A stretch of 64,000 bases of DNA, from the NCBI GenBank assembly GCA_965235115.1, contig OZ249436.1, positions 65,348,001 through 65,412,000 on the forward strand, read 5' to 3'. Positions within the stretch are counted from its first letter, which is position 1. Each line of letters opens with the position of its first letter. This document shows positions 51,390 through 62,250 of this stretch, piece by piece. The translations under genes and the position numbers were made by a program. The notes under the pieces are model-generated. The model was not told where the DNA came from and did not search any database. It saw only the letters and a program-made list of their open reading frames with translations. This DNA comes from Laetmonice hystrix. Lineage: Eukaryota.

Positions 51390-52497
51390 GGAGGTGGAGT
51401 ATTGGCTGGCGGTAAGTGTGGCAGCGGTGGCCGTGATGTACTGATGGGCACTCAGGCAGCCGTGGTGTCGGCTAGGGGAGTGGTAGGGACACCATCTACA
51501 GTAACGAGCCTGGGTGTGTGTGTCTGTCTGGGTGGCGGTAAGTGTGGCAGTGGTAGCCGTGATGTACTGATGGGGACTCAGCCAGCCGTGGTGATGGGGA
51601 CTCAGCCAGCCGTGGTGTCGGCTAGGGGAGTGGTAGGGACACCATCTACAGTAACGAGCCTGGGTGTGTGTGTCTGTCTGTCTGGCGGTAACTGTGGCAG
51701 CGGTAGCCGTGATGTAGTGATGGGCACTCAGCCAGCCGTGGTGATGGGGAATCAGCCAGCCGTGGTGATGGGCACTCAGCCAGCCGTGGTGATGGGGACT
51801 CAGCCAGCCGTGGTGTCGGCTAGGGGAGTGGTAGGGACACCATCTACAGTAACGAGCCTGGGTGTGTGTGTCTGTCTGGGTGGCGGTAAGTGTGGCAGTG
51901 GTAGCCGTGATGTACTGATGGGGACTCAGCCAGCCGTGGTGATGGGGACTCAGCCAGCCGTGGTGTCGGCTAGGGGAGTGGTAGGGATACCATCTACAGG
52001 AAGGAGCCTGGGTGTGTGTGTCTGTCTGTCTGGCGGTAACTGTGGCAGCGGTAGCCGTGATGTAGTGATGGGCACTCAGCCAGCCGTGGTGATGGGGAAT
52101 CAGCCAGCCGTGGTGATGGGCACTCAGCCAGCCGTGGTGATGGGCACTCAGCCAGCCGTGGTGTCGGCTAGGGGAGTGGCAGTGATACCATCTACAGGAA
52201 GGAGCCTGGGTGTGTGTGTCTGTCTGTCTGGCAGTAAGTGTGGCAGTGGTAGCCGTGATGTACTGATGGGGACTCAGCCAGCCGTGGTGATGGGGACTCA
52301 GCCAGCCGTTGTGTCGGCTAGGGGAGTGGCAGTGATACCATCTACAGGAACGAGCCGGGCTGTGTGTGTGTCTGTCGTGGAGGTGGAGTATAACCGTGAT
52401 GTACTGATGGGGACTCAGCCAGCCGTGGTGATGGGGACTCAGCCAGCCGTGGGGTCGGCTAGGGGAGTGATACCATCTACAGGAAGGAGCCGGGCTA
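51390..52497. repeat. Nested higher-order minisatellite: 126-bp block plus variable 24-bp subunits (alternating 150/198-bp, 348-bp HOR)
   Basis: GCTAGGGG anchors spaced 150, 198, 150, 198, 150 bp; 24-bp subunit CAGCCAGCCGTGGTGATGGGGACT. Confidence 0.9.
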
Positions 52498-52686
52498 TGT
52501 ATTGTACCTACCCTAGCGGTACACGTACCAGACACGGTAAGGTGGGATCACGGCCAAACACGGCCCACTGACTGCCTGAATGTGATCCCGGGTTTACCGG
52601 GACAAGGTATGTGTTACCCTAGTGTTAACGTTATTAGCAGACACAGAAATCAGGACGTTGGCATTATTCCATGTCGACATGTTCAA

Positions 52687-52769
52687 TCTCCGTCTCACCC
52701 GTAAGATTCGAGACGGAGAAGTCTCACCCGTAAGATTCGAGACGGAGAAGTCTCAGCCGTATAGATTCG
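52687..52769. repeat. 29-bp tandem repeat (~2.7 copies) with an internal TCTCCGTCTC/GAGACGGAGA inverted pair
   Basis: Direct reading. Confidence 0.8.
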
Positions 52770-54544
52770 ATCTGGCTGCCAGCCATATTTAGAATCTGTT
52801 CACGGCGGATACAGCGATAATTTATTCCATGCCTGTGTTGTCCATTCATCATGTTTACTGCTCACAGTCATTAACTACTGAAAAAAGAACAAAGCAGGCA
52901 GATTCTCTCCTTTGTTATCACGAGCGTCGATCCATTTGTCTTCATAACAAGCTGTGGATCCGACGCTGTTAGTCTCTCTCCCCCTGGTGGTGGGGAGGGC
53001 CAACAAGAGAGGCGGCAACCCAGCTCTCTCTCTGTCTCTCTCTATCTCCCTCTATATGTGTATCTGTATCCTTCTATTTCTCTGTCTTTAGTAGCCGGCC
53101 AAGAGATTCCGCCCTCCTTGAACATCTTATGCGAGAAAAACTTTGATCGGGAGGCGTACGTCTGGAGATACAGGAAGTCTGTCGCTGGAGCTTCCGCTAA
53201 TGGTGTGACCGTATCCGGTATATGTCTGCTCCCTGTTGTAATCATCCCCACCCATCCTCGCCTCCCCGTGACATGATGGGCATCACATCATTGGCATTAT
53301 TAAAAAACAGCGGAACTTGTGGGGTAACAAATTACCGAGTTCACAGCTATAACATCTGCTCCATCACGCCACCATCTGCTCCAGACCGTCACCATCTGCT
53401 CCCGGCCGGAGAACCTTTCCTGGTCGCGGTCCCAGGGCGTGATGGCAGAAACATGAGACCCACTAGCTTCGTCAGTAGAAACGTAGCTGGCCACAATCTG
53501 CTGTAAACATCTTGTTGACATTGCAGCATTACGCCATGAAAAACAGGACTGGAATTGTGGTGGATAGAAAGAATTAAATTTATACAAAGGATCCTGGAAG
53601 ATCATAAAGAAGTTGGAAGGATAATTTTCTTCATCTCTCTGTTATATTTAGCGTAGTGTACCTCCCCCCTCCCAGGTTGGTTATGAATTAACTTCTCTTG
53701 TTTCTGTCGTTCACATTTCGTCACCTACCGGCGTGACTACAGGAGTAGTTTATTGGTTGATAGGCGATGAGTGCCTGCCGAGTAGAAGACTGTACGGGAG
53801 GTAGAGTGGGTGGGGTTGGGGTAGGATGAAAACCCCCTCCCCAGGGTGGTAGCAACAGGCAGGGTATTGATCAGACGTCTACCAGACACCATTATCACCT
53901 GTGGTGATCTGTAATTGGATTCTGTCGGTCGCACATCGCCGGGTTCAGGAGGCCACAGCCGACCAGCCTCTTGTTGGCACCGACAAGTCGGAGTCCACGG
54001 AACAATGCCCTCCTCACAACTGGTTTCTCTCGATCTGATCGCTCGCAGATTGTAACGCCTAGAGGAGGCCATGCAGTGATATTTTCTCGGGCGGGGAGGA
54101 GGCGGAGGAAGGGGGGTGGGGCTGGGGGGTTGGTTTTGTTTCCTTCCGTTTGGTTCATTCCACCGAGATCTGTTGCCATTTATTGATCGCGTAGTGATTC
54201 AGGCCACCTGGATGTGGCTGATAAATGATGCACAGTGGCTCCCTCTGGTGGGCACAGCTCCAAGCGCCTCCTCCAAGCGGCACCGAGTATCGCCATGGTG
54301 ACGGACGGCCGGAGTGCGCGGGGGGGGGAGGCTGACCTTTCGTTTGGTTCCTCCCGGCCGCTGTGGGTTCCAGGCTCCGTCAGCACCCCACGGTGGCCAC
54401 CATACACTACCCCGGACCTTTACCACCCACTACCAGCAGGCTGGCACACTCCACCCCCGATAACCCTGATCACCGCCACCACCAGCCGGCCAACCATTGA
54501 TCTCACCGACCCGTCTTAAAGACAACCTCTCCTTGTGCTTGCAG

Positions 54545-54691
54545 ACCCCAGCAGAAGTCGCCCATCCCGCCGGCCGCCGACCGCTTCGAAGAGGTCGACT
54601 CCATGTCTCTGCAGCGCCCCAAAAAGAAAGTCGGATACCAGGTGAAGGGAAAGGCGCAGGCCTTGTATAACTTCGCCGCTCAGAACCCCAA
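54545..54691 (+). CDS. SORBS: SORBS/CAP exon (147 nt, phase 2-2): PQQKSPIPPAADRFEEVDSMSLQRPKKKVGYQVKGKAQALYNFAAQNP(K), start of SH3 #1
   Basis: Acceptor ccttgtgcttgcag, donor CAA|gtgagt. PxQKSPIP motif plus ALYNF (SH3 ALYDY-type motif). Confidence 0.93.
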
Positions 54692-55485
54692 GTGAGTAGT
54701 TCCTGTTTGAGTTTACAGTTCTATTGAAGCTAGGTCTTTGTTGTCGTGTCAATTCTAACCATTGATGGATGGTGTGCCAGTGGTCTATTCCTTCCGGCGG
54801 GCAGGATACAAAGTGAATGCTGTACGGGAACCACGTCCGGAGGGCCAACAGGACGGATAAATTAATTAATTATTTCTCATTAGTATCATGAAATCATGCG
54901 GTTCAAGACAGGAGAATCTTTATTTATTTTTCCACCATGTTTCCATGATCTTGTTTGCGCCGTTCCCACGTGGTTTTCTGTAGATTGAATGTTGAACCGT
55001 TGTTGTGTAGGGAGTGTTCCCAGTCAGAAAACTCGGCCCAGCTGGGCCGCGTGTTGGTTCGATTGATTCCCCTAGCTACTCATCAGTTTGATTATAGGAT
55101 GGTGCCTGACATGTCATGACCTGACAGGTTCCCTGTGCGGAATAATAAACACACAAGGCATGAGGCGGCCGCTGTTAACTGTGTGCGGGCGCTTTAAAAC
55201 ATCCAAAGTCGTTGTTCTATAGTGAATCCATGAACGTTTCTGGAAATAGGGAAAGAGTTTAAGTTAAAGAACAATAGGACTTTCAAGGCAGGGACCCACG
55301 CCATTTTTATTTAGAAGGGAGCCTTGTAAAAGTTGCTTTGGTGGTGCCCTGAGAAGAAAGGAAGAGTAAAGAGTACTTTAACTGAATGTTTTGCTGATAT
55401 GCGATCCTGAGCTTTGATAATGAGATGGTGGTCGGCGAGAACAAGGAGGGATTGAGGTCTCTTTAGTTAGTTGACATCCTCCTTT

Positions 55486-56878
55486 AACAGTTATTGCCAT
55501 GACACATGCGTTAACCGTGGCGCTCTCTGCCAACCCCACCTTGCTGTAGGGAGCTGTCGTTAACCGTTATTGTCATGACACATGCGTTAACCGTGGCGCT
55601 CTGTGCCAACCCCACCTTGCTGTAGGGAGCTGTCGTTAGCCGTTATTGTCATGACACATGCGTTAACCGTGGCGCTCTGTGCCAACCCCACCTTGCTGTA
55701 GGGAGCTGTCGTTAACCGTTATTGTCATGACACATGCGTTAACCGTGGCGCTCTCTGCCAACCCCACCTTGCTGTAGGGAGCTGTCGTTAACATGCGTTA
55801 ACCGTGGCGCTCTGTGCCAACCCCACCTTGCTGTAGGGAGCTGTCGTTAACCGTTATTGTCATGACACATGCGTTAACCGTGGCGCTCTGTGCCAACCCC
55901 ACCTTGCTGTAGGGAGCTGTCGTTAACCGTTATTGTCATGACACATGCGTTAACCGTGGCGCGCTGTGCCAACACCACCTTGCTGTAGGGAGCTGTCGTT
56001 AGCCGTTATTGTCATGACACATGCGTTAACCGTGGCGCTCTGTGCCAACCCCACCTTGCTGTAGGGAGCTGTCGTTAGCCGTTATTGTCATGACACATGC
56101 GTTAACCGTGGCGCTCTGTGCCAACCCCACCTTGCTGTAGGGAGCTGTCGTTAACCGTTATTGTCATGACACATGCGTTAACCGTGGCGCTCTCTGCCAA
56201 CCCCACCTTGCTGTAGGGAGCTGTCGTTAACATGCGTTAACCGTGGCGCTCTGTGCCAACCCCACCTTGCTGTAGGGAGCTGTCGTTAACCGTTATTGTC
56301 ATGACACATGCGTTAACCGTGGCGCTCTGTGCCAACCCCACCTTGCTGTAGGGAGCTGTCGTTAACCGTTATTGTCATGACACATGCGTTAACCGTGGCG
56401 CGCTGTGCCAACACCACCTTGCTGTAGGGAGCTGTCGTTAGCCGTTATTGTCATGACACATGCGTTAACCGTGGCGCTCTGTGCCAACCCCACCTTGCTG
56501 TAGGGAGCTGTCGTTAGCCGTTATTGTCATGACACATGCGTTAACCGTGGCGCTCTGTGCCAACCCCACCTTGCTGTAGGGAGCTGTCGTTAACCGTTAT
56601 TGTCATGACACATGCGTTAACCGTGGCGCTCTCTGCCAACCCCACCTTGCTGTAGGGAGCTGTCGTTAACATGCGTTAACCGTGGCGCTCTGTGCCAACC
56701 CCACCTTGCTGTAGGGAGCTGTCGTTAACCGTTATTGTCATGACACATGCGTTAACCGTGGCGCTCTGTGCCAACCCCACCTTGCTGTAGGGAGCTGTCG
56801 TTAACCGTTATTGTCATGACACATGCGTTAACCGTGGCGCTCTGTGCCAACCCCACCTTGCTGTAGGGAGCTGTCGTT
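55486..56878 (+). repeat. 76-bp (and 59-bp variant) tandem array, 19 units, spanning the 3' splice site of the SH3 #1 exon; 439-bp higher-order period
   Basis: Acceptor G positions 55549, 55625, 55701, 55777, 55836, 55912, 55988, 56064, 56140, 56216, 56275, 56351, 56427, 56503, 56579, 56655, 56714, 56790, 56866. The last is followed by the real exon. Confidence 0.97.
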
Positions 56879-56981
56879 CAAGAAGGGAGACACGCTATAC
56901 CTGCTGCGTAAGATCGATAACAACTGGTACGAGGGAGAACACCATGGCAGGGTGGGCATCTTCCCCGCTAACTACGTCAAG
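56867..56981 (+). CDS. SORBS: SORBS/CAP exon (115 nt, phase 2-0): [38 protein letters not shown], rest of SH3 #1
   Basis: Canonical SH3 motifs ([20 protein letters not shown]). Acceptor ccccaccttgctgtag, donor AAG|gtcagt. Confidence 0.96.
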
Positions 56982-57258
56982 GTCAGTACTAGACGCTCTT
57001 GTTTTTTTTTTTTTTTAAATGGGAACGATCCAGATTTAATATTTTGAAAGCAGTAGTTGTTTCCTATACATGTACTTGGAAGCTTCTGAATGTTTCCTGT
57101 GGCCAGAGGTTTCTATTGTCGACGTCTGTGAAGGCGGGGAAGGAGCTGTAATTTACTAAAATCCTTTCCACAGTCAGGTCATTGTCCACCGCGGTACATG
57201 TGATTGGTAGAAGTGATTGGTAGAAATGTTTTGTAGCCATATTTTCGTGTTGCTCCAG

Positions 57259-57369
57259 GTGTTGACGACCCTGGAGGAGGCCCATGCCGCGGCTTTCAGT
57301 CGGGAAGGGGCCGCCACGGCCAAGTACAACTTTACGGCCCAGACGTCTGTGGAACTACCCCTCCGAAAG
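57259..57369 (+). CDS. SORBS: SORBS/CAP exon (111 nt, phase 0-0): VLTTLEEAHAAAFSREGAATAKYNFTAQTSVELPLRK, start of SH3 #2
   Basis: Acceptor ttttcgtgttgctccag, donor AAG|gtaacg. AKYNF..QT.VEL motif of CAP SH3 #2. Confidence 0.95.
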
Positions 57370-57884
57370 GTAACGGAAACTTCCTCGAGCCGTACGGAGA
57401 GAAGTTTGAGATACCATCAGTCGGAGTACAATGTTAGGCACTCTGTCGGCTTTAAAACGATTCGTGTTATTCTGTTTGGATCTGGGTGGATTTGTATATT
57501 TATAACCCAGATTCTGCGAAATAAACTCTGGACAGGCCAAATTTTGCGTACCATTACATTTTGCGATTTGGGAAAGTTGACGATATCTAAAGACACGAAG
57601 CGGAATGGCCGAAATGATGGGGCTCTCCCCTGGAAGTCGCTAAACGTAAGCGGCCACACTCGACATCAGAAAGTGTATCAAAGTAAAAGGTTTTCACAAT
57701 TTCTGCGGGTTGTGTGAAGGAGTCAGCTGTTAACTGATGGTATTCAGGCCTTGACTGGTCCCTGATCAGTGTTACGGACGGATGCCCTCCGTCCCTCCCT
57801 CCCTCCGTCCGTGCCTCCCTCCGTCCGTCCCTCCAACCCTCCGACCTCTGCTGACTGACGTCTGGTGTTGTTTGTTACCACCAG

Positions 57885-58047
57885 GGGGAGCGGGTACAGT
57901 TGATCCGGCGGGTAGACGACAACTGGTACGAAGGTCGTGTCGGTAACCGACAAGGTATCTTCCCGGTGGCCTACGTGGACGCCATGCAGGAGCCGGAAAC
58001 ACCTTACGTCACCCCCGGGTCGTCAGCCGTACACACGCCGGTCACAG
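57885..58047 (+). CDS. SORBS: SORBS/CAP exon (163 nt, phase 0-1): GERVQLIRRVDDNWYEGRVGNRQGIFPVAYVDAMQEPETPYVTPGSSAVHTPVT, rest of SH3 #2
   Basis: SH3 motifs DDNWYEG and GIFPVAYV. Acceptor tttgttaccaccag, donor CAG|gtaaac. Confidence 0.95.
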
Positions 58048-59411
58048 GTAAACACCGCCACGCTCTAACTACTGCTTCTACTGATAACGGAGCCTGGCCA
58101 GGGGCAGGTAACCTCTAGGCTGGCACGTTTATGAGGGGAAACAGTTCTTTGACCAAAGTCGGTTTCCAAATTAATTAATAGATTAAGGCTGTGATTTGGA
58201 TAAAGATTTCCAACTTTTTAAATTGTGATTTTGTCCCCGTTGTTTGAAAGTGAAGCCAGTGAGGGAAACACTAAAGTAGGTGGGAGATCTAGAGGTTACT
58301 AGGCCCGTGCTAGGTTTGGACATAACCTCTCGGGATCACAAGATTTCAGCTCAAACACCAAAGTCAGGACAACAACTGACAGTTCCTGGGCGATGGGGGT
58401 TTTCTTGGCTCCATCTATTCTTTCATCTTTCCATGTTTTTCTCTCCATCCTCCATCTTTTTCTATCCTGGTTATGAAATGTAATTAAATTCAAACGTGAA
58501 GTTTTGTGTCTTGAGGTGATGAATATGTTCTGAGTAACAACTGACCAGTTTCTGTCTGAAAGAATATTTTTTGTTTCAGCTTTGTAGGCAGCTAACGGAT
58601 CTTACATAACCCGCGCTGATCATACTGACATCAGTTCAGATACCAACCGCAAGAACAAATGTATAGATATAAGTAGTTGTAGTATGTGTCGCTTTGTAGA
58701 GCAGTGCGCCTTGCTCGTGGCAGCTATAAATAATTATAACATTTTATTTTATAATGCTAATGTCTTTTTTTCAGTGTTTTAATAATATCTGTAATTACAA
58801 ACCCCAGCCACATTAAATATCCCAAGCCACTCACCAATTCGAAACAGTGTAAGAAAGACGGGTGTTCCTGTTTTATTTACGCGAAAAGCTCCGAAATATA
58901 AGGGATTTGCCTTGTTGAAACATTTCCCGCTAAAAACAAGCTTTTGCGCGTCCCAAGGACACGGACGCACACAAGAACATTATTACGCGACATTTAAATA
59001 ATGTCGTATTGGCTCTTGCTACTATTTAATAGAGCCCACATTTGTTTGTCTATGGCCAGCTGCTGACCCATTGCTTGTATTTAAGAGCAAAAGTAGCAGC
59101 CAGAATATGGGTGTAACCAGGTATGGTGAAGACCTCAGTTCTCGCTAAAAATGGTTTCACCTGCAGGTCATGTTCGTGCTGTGTCGGATTTAGCAGACGT
59201 TTAGAGAAAATACGCCAGACTGTATTTGTCGCTTCGAGAGCACAATATCGTTTTACAGACGAAATGGGAGAACGATTAACAGGTAAAACCGCCTGCTGAG
59301 TCAGCCAATTGCCATTTGATTTCTCTGGTCAATTTCCTGTGGAAACGACACCTGAGCATCTGGCTAGTTTTTCCCCGGATGCTTCGAAGTCGTGGCTGTG
59401 ACTACAGTTTG

Positions 59412-59930
59412 ATCTCAGGCCGTCACTGCAGACTGTGTCGCCCTATCTCAGGTCCTCACTGCAGACTGTGTCGCCCCATCTCAGGCCCTCACTGCAGACT
59501 GTGTCGCCCAATCTCAGGCCGTCACTGCAGACTGTGTCGCCCTATCTCAGGTCCTCACTGCAGACTGTGTCGCCCCATCTCAGGCCCTCACTGCAGACCG
59601 AGGCGCCCCATCTCAGGTCCTCACTGCAGACTGTGTCGTCCAATCTCAGGCCGTCACTGCAGACTGTGTCGCCCTATCTCAGGTCCTCACTGCAGACTGT
59701 GTCGCCCCATCTCAGGTCCTCACTGCAGACTGTGTCGTCCAATCTCAGGCCGTCACTGCAGACTGTGTCGTCCAATCTCAGGCCGTCACTGCAGACTGTG
59801 TTGCCCCATCTCAGGTCCTCACTTCAGACTGTGTCGCCCCATCTCAGGTCCTCACTGCAGACCGAGGCGCCTCATCTCAGGCCGTCACTGCAGACTGTGT
59901 CGCCCCATCTCAGGCCCTCACTGTGGACTT
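59412..59930. repeat. 33-bp minisatellite, ~15-16 copies
   Basis: Unit ATCTCAGGTCCTCACTGCAGACTGTGTCGCCCC; explains the 11-aa repeats in ORFs 59316-60002 and 59435-59932. Confidence 0.95.
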
Positions 59931-60102
59931 AGGCGCCCCTCATGCTATGGTCTGATGTGCCAGTCTAACATACGTAAAACTAACATGTATAACCCAACGT
60001 GACGTGTATTTGCCGTCTTCTGACGAGGCTGACCTGCATTCTAACCGTTTTGTGGCCTGTATGTGGAGTGACATGGACACGAAGGCCGTCACTGGTAGAA
60101 CA

Positions 60103-60260
60103 CAGACTTAGGGAAACTTCACAAGGATTCAACGATTGCAGATGATGGAGAAGGCAGACTTAGGACAACTTTACAAGGATTCAACGATTGCAGATGATGG
60201 AGAAGGCAGACTTAGGAAAACTTCACAACGATTCAATGATTGCAGATGATGGGGAAGGCA
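60103..60260. repeat. 52-bp tandem repeat, 3 copies
   Basis: CAGACTTAGG starts at 60103, 60155 and 60207. Confidence 0.9.
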
Positions 60261-60815
60261 ACCCGTACCGAATAACCCGCATTTAGAGAATCCGACCGTA
60301 CCACAACCTAACCCGCCTCTGGCTGATATCTGGCCATGTGGAAACGTCAAGACTTCAAAAATCATTCCAGGATATAAGTACTCAGACCACGCTGAGTCGA
60401 TGGAGGGTAAGGCGTGAGAGTTGATAGGGGGAGGTCGAGGGGGTGTTTCGGTCCGGGAGGGGGTATAGGGGCGACTGGTCGGTGACCTTTGGGAAGCCTA
60501 CCCACCCTCCACCCTCTTTGTCAGTCGTGCCAGTGTCGATCAGCTGGCCGATGGTGGCAGTCGGCGGGGATAGGGAGCGATGGGGGTGGGTGGTAGGAGT
60601 ACATGAGTACTGAACCTGGACAGGATCACCTGGCTGGCTTCAGAACCAATTCACATGTCAAACCGGGCGTCAGTTTCTGACATTGGGCAGAGGGCGGCCT
60701 CTGTCACTAACTGTGAGAAACTCCGAACAGAGATCGTTCTACAACTGGCTGGCTTTAAAATGGGAGGCGGTCTGCAGGGGTGATTATTTATATAGGAACC
60801 TTCCCGGGAATTGTC

Positions 60816-60947
60816 GCCACGGTGTGGAACCACCAACACCCAATGTTTGCCACGGTGTGGAACCACCAACACCCAATGTTTGCCACGGTGTGGAACCACC
60901 AACACCCAATGTTTGCCACGGTGTGGAACCACCAACACCCAATGTTT
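60816..60947. repeat. 33-bp tandem repeat, 4 copies (GCCACGGTGTGGAACCACCAACACCCAATGTTT)
   Basis: Direct reading. Confidence 0.93.
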
Positions 60948-61183
60948 TAGTGTGGTCTCTCATTGTGTGACTTTGTGTGCTGGTACCATGAGTGTAATAG
61001 TTTCATCAGGTTGGACCTGAGGGCGAGGGGTTCATGATCCCTAGGGTCTTGTGTGTGTGTGGAGTTGAGGAAACTGGTGACCCTGTAACCACCCACACTG
61101 CAACACCTGGTACTGTCCTTACGCTATCCTCAACTTAACTATCCTGGGCCCGGGGCTCGTGAGATTACTTGTCCTCACTACAG

Positions 61184-61261
61184 GGCCAGCCACACCCGTG
61201 TCGACTTCTTGGATCTCGCCTAGGCTATCCATGTTCCAGGGCCACCTCCAGGGTCGCGATG
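61184..61261 (+). CDS. Weak candidate next exon (78 nt, phase 1-1): GPATPVSTSWISPRLSMFQGHLQGRD
   Basis: Acceptor cttgtcctcactacag and donor ATG|gtagtt. The phase fits 58047 and the S/T/P content fits a linker, but there is no recognisable conserved motif. Confidence 0.2.
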
Positions 61262-61897
61262 GTAGTTAGGTAGAATACCACCTTCCACCCCTGTCCCACA
61301 GTGGGTGCGGTCCGACGACGGAGTTGTTGGGGAGGTGGGTAGTCTGTGCCGTGAGTGGGCCGACTAACCCGGCCGTGGGGCGGGGTGTGGGGGTGGGGGT
61401 AGATGGGTACAGGTAGGCGGTGAGTCGATGAGGTCCACCGCTCTGATCCACGAGAGGGGACGGTAGCTGCTGACACAGCAGGTGGGCATGCAGGTCACTG
61501 GGTGCTGACCTTGGAGTGGGTTATTATATGTCACCGCCAACTGGGACGGAGTCTTACTGGTCGTAGGGTCTGGGGAGTCGGACCCCCGCCCCCCTTTCAA
61601 AATACATATTAAAAGTAAATTTAATTTAAAAACAAAACAAAAATCAAAATCACTATAATGCATCTAAAAGACCGGGCAGAAAAGGTAATTTTTACTGTAG
61701 AAAGGGAAGTCCTGGAAAATACTCAGATAAAATCGCTGGAAATGTTTTCAATCAGAAATCTCGATGGAAGGAGGCCGACCGAGCACCCAGGCCGATGACA
61801 CTAACCTAAATCAGATGGCTCGTATTAATAGAGTGGTATAAAAACGTTTGGAGAACAGAACCGTTTCCTCCCAGGGTAAGGGGGCACATAGTTCTTT

Positions 61898-62250
61898 ATT
61901 TAAAAATTAAACGAATATATGAAGTTTAATTATAATCATACTAGTGCTACTTTAGGTCACGAAGTAGTGTGGCTTAAGGCTTGTGGCTTGAGCGTAGATT
62001 CCTCAGTTTTCAACAGCGCCGGAAGGTTAATCTTTCCATCCCAAAGGGGGGGAATAAATGTGGTCATTAGGCCTAATATTACAATCCATCGTCTTTATGT
62101 AGGCATATGACACATTGCAGTTGGTACGAGTGCCCCCATGGCTGCGTGCCCTGATGGCACCGAACCAAGGGTGGGCCACACTACTTCGTGACCTAAAGTA
62201 GCACTAGTATGATTATAATTAAACTTCATATATTCGTTTAATTTTTAAAT
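61898..62250. repeat. Perfect 76-bp inverted repeat (61898-61973 / 62175-62250) with a 201-bp spacer; probable MITE/foldback
   Basis: The right arm is the exact reverse complement of the left arm. Confidence 0.9.

Noticed and set aside
55486-56878. Recursive splicing through the acceptor array
   Set aside because: Recursive sites need AG|GT; these units read AG|GG and so do not regenerate a donor.
59316-60002. 228-aa Cys/Arg repeat ORF and the overlapping 165-aa ORF
   Set aside because: Both are translations of a 33-bp minisatellite, with no convincing start or splice support.
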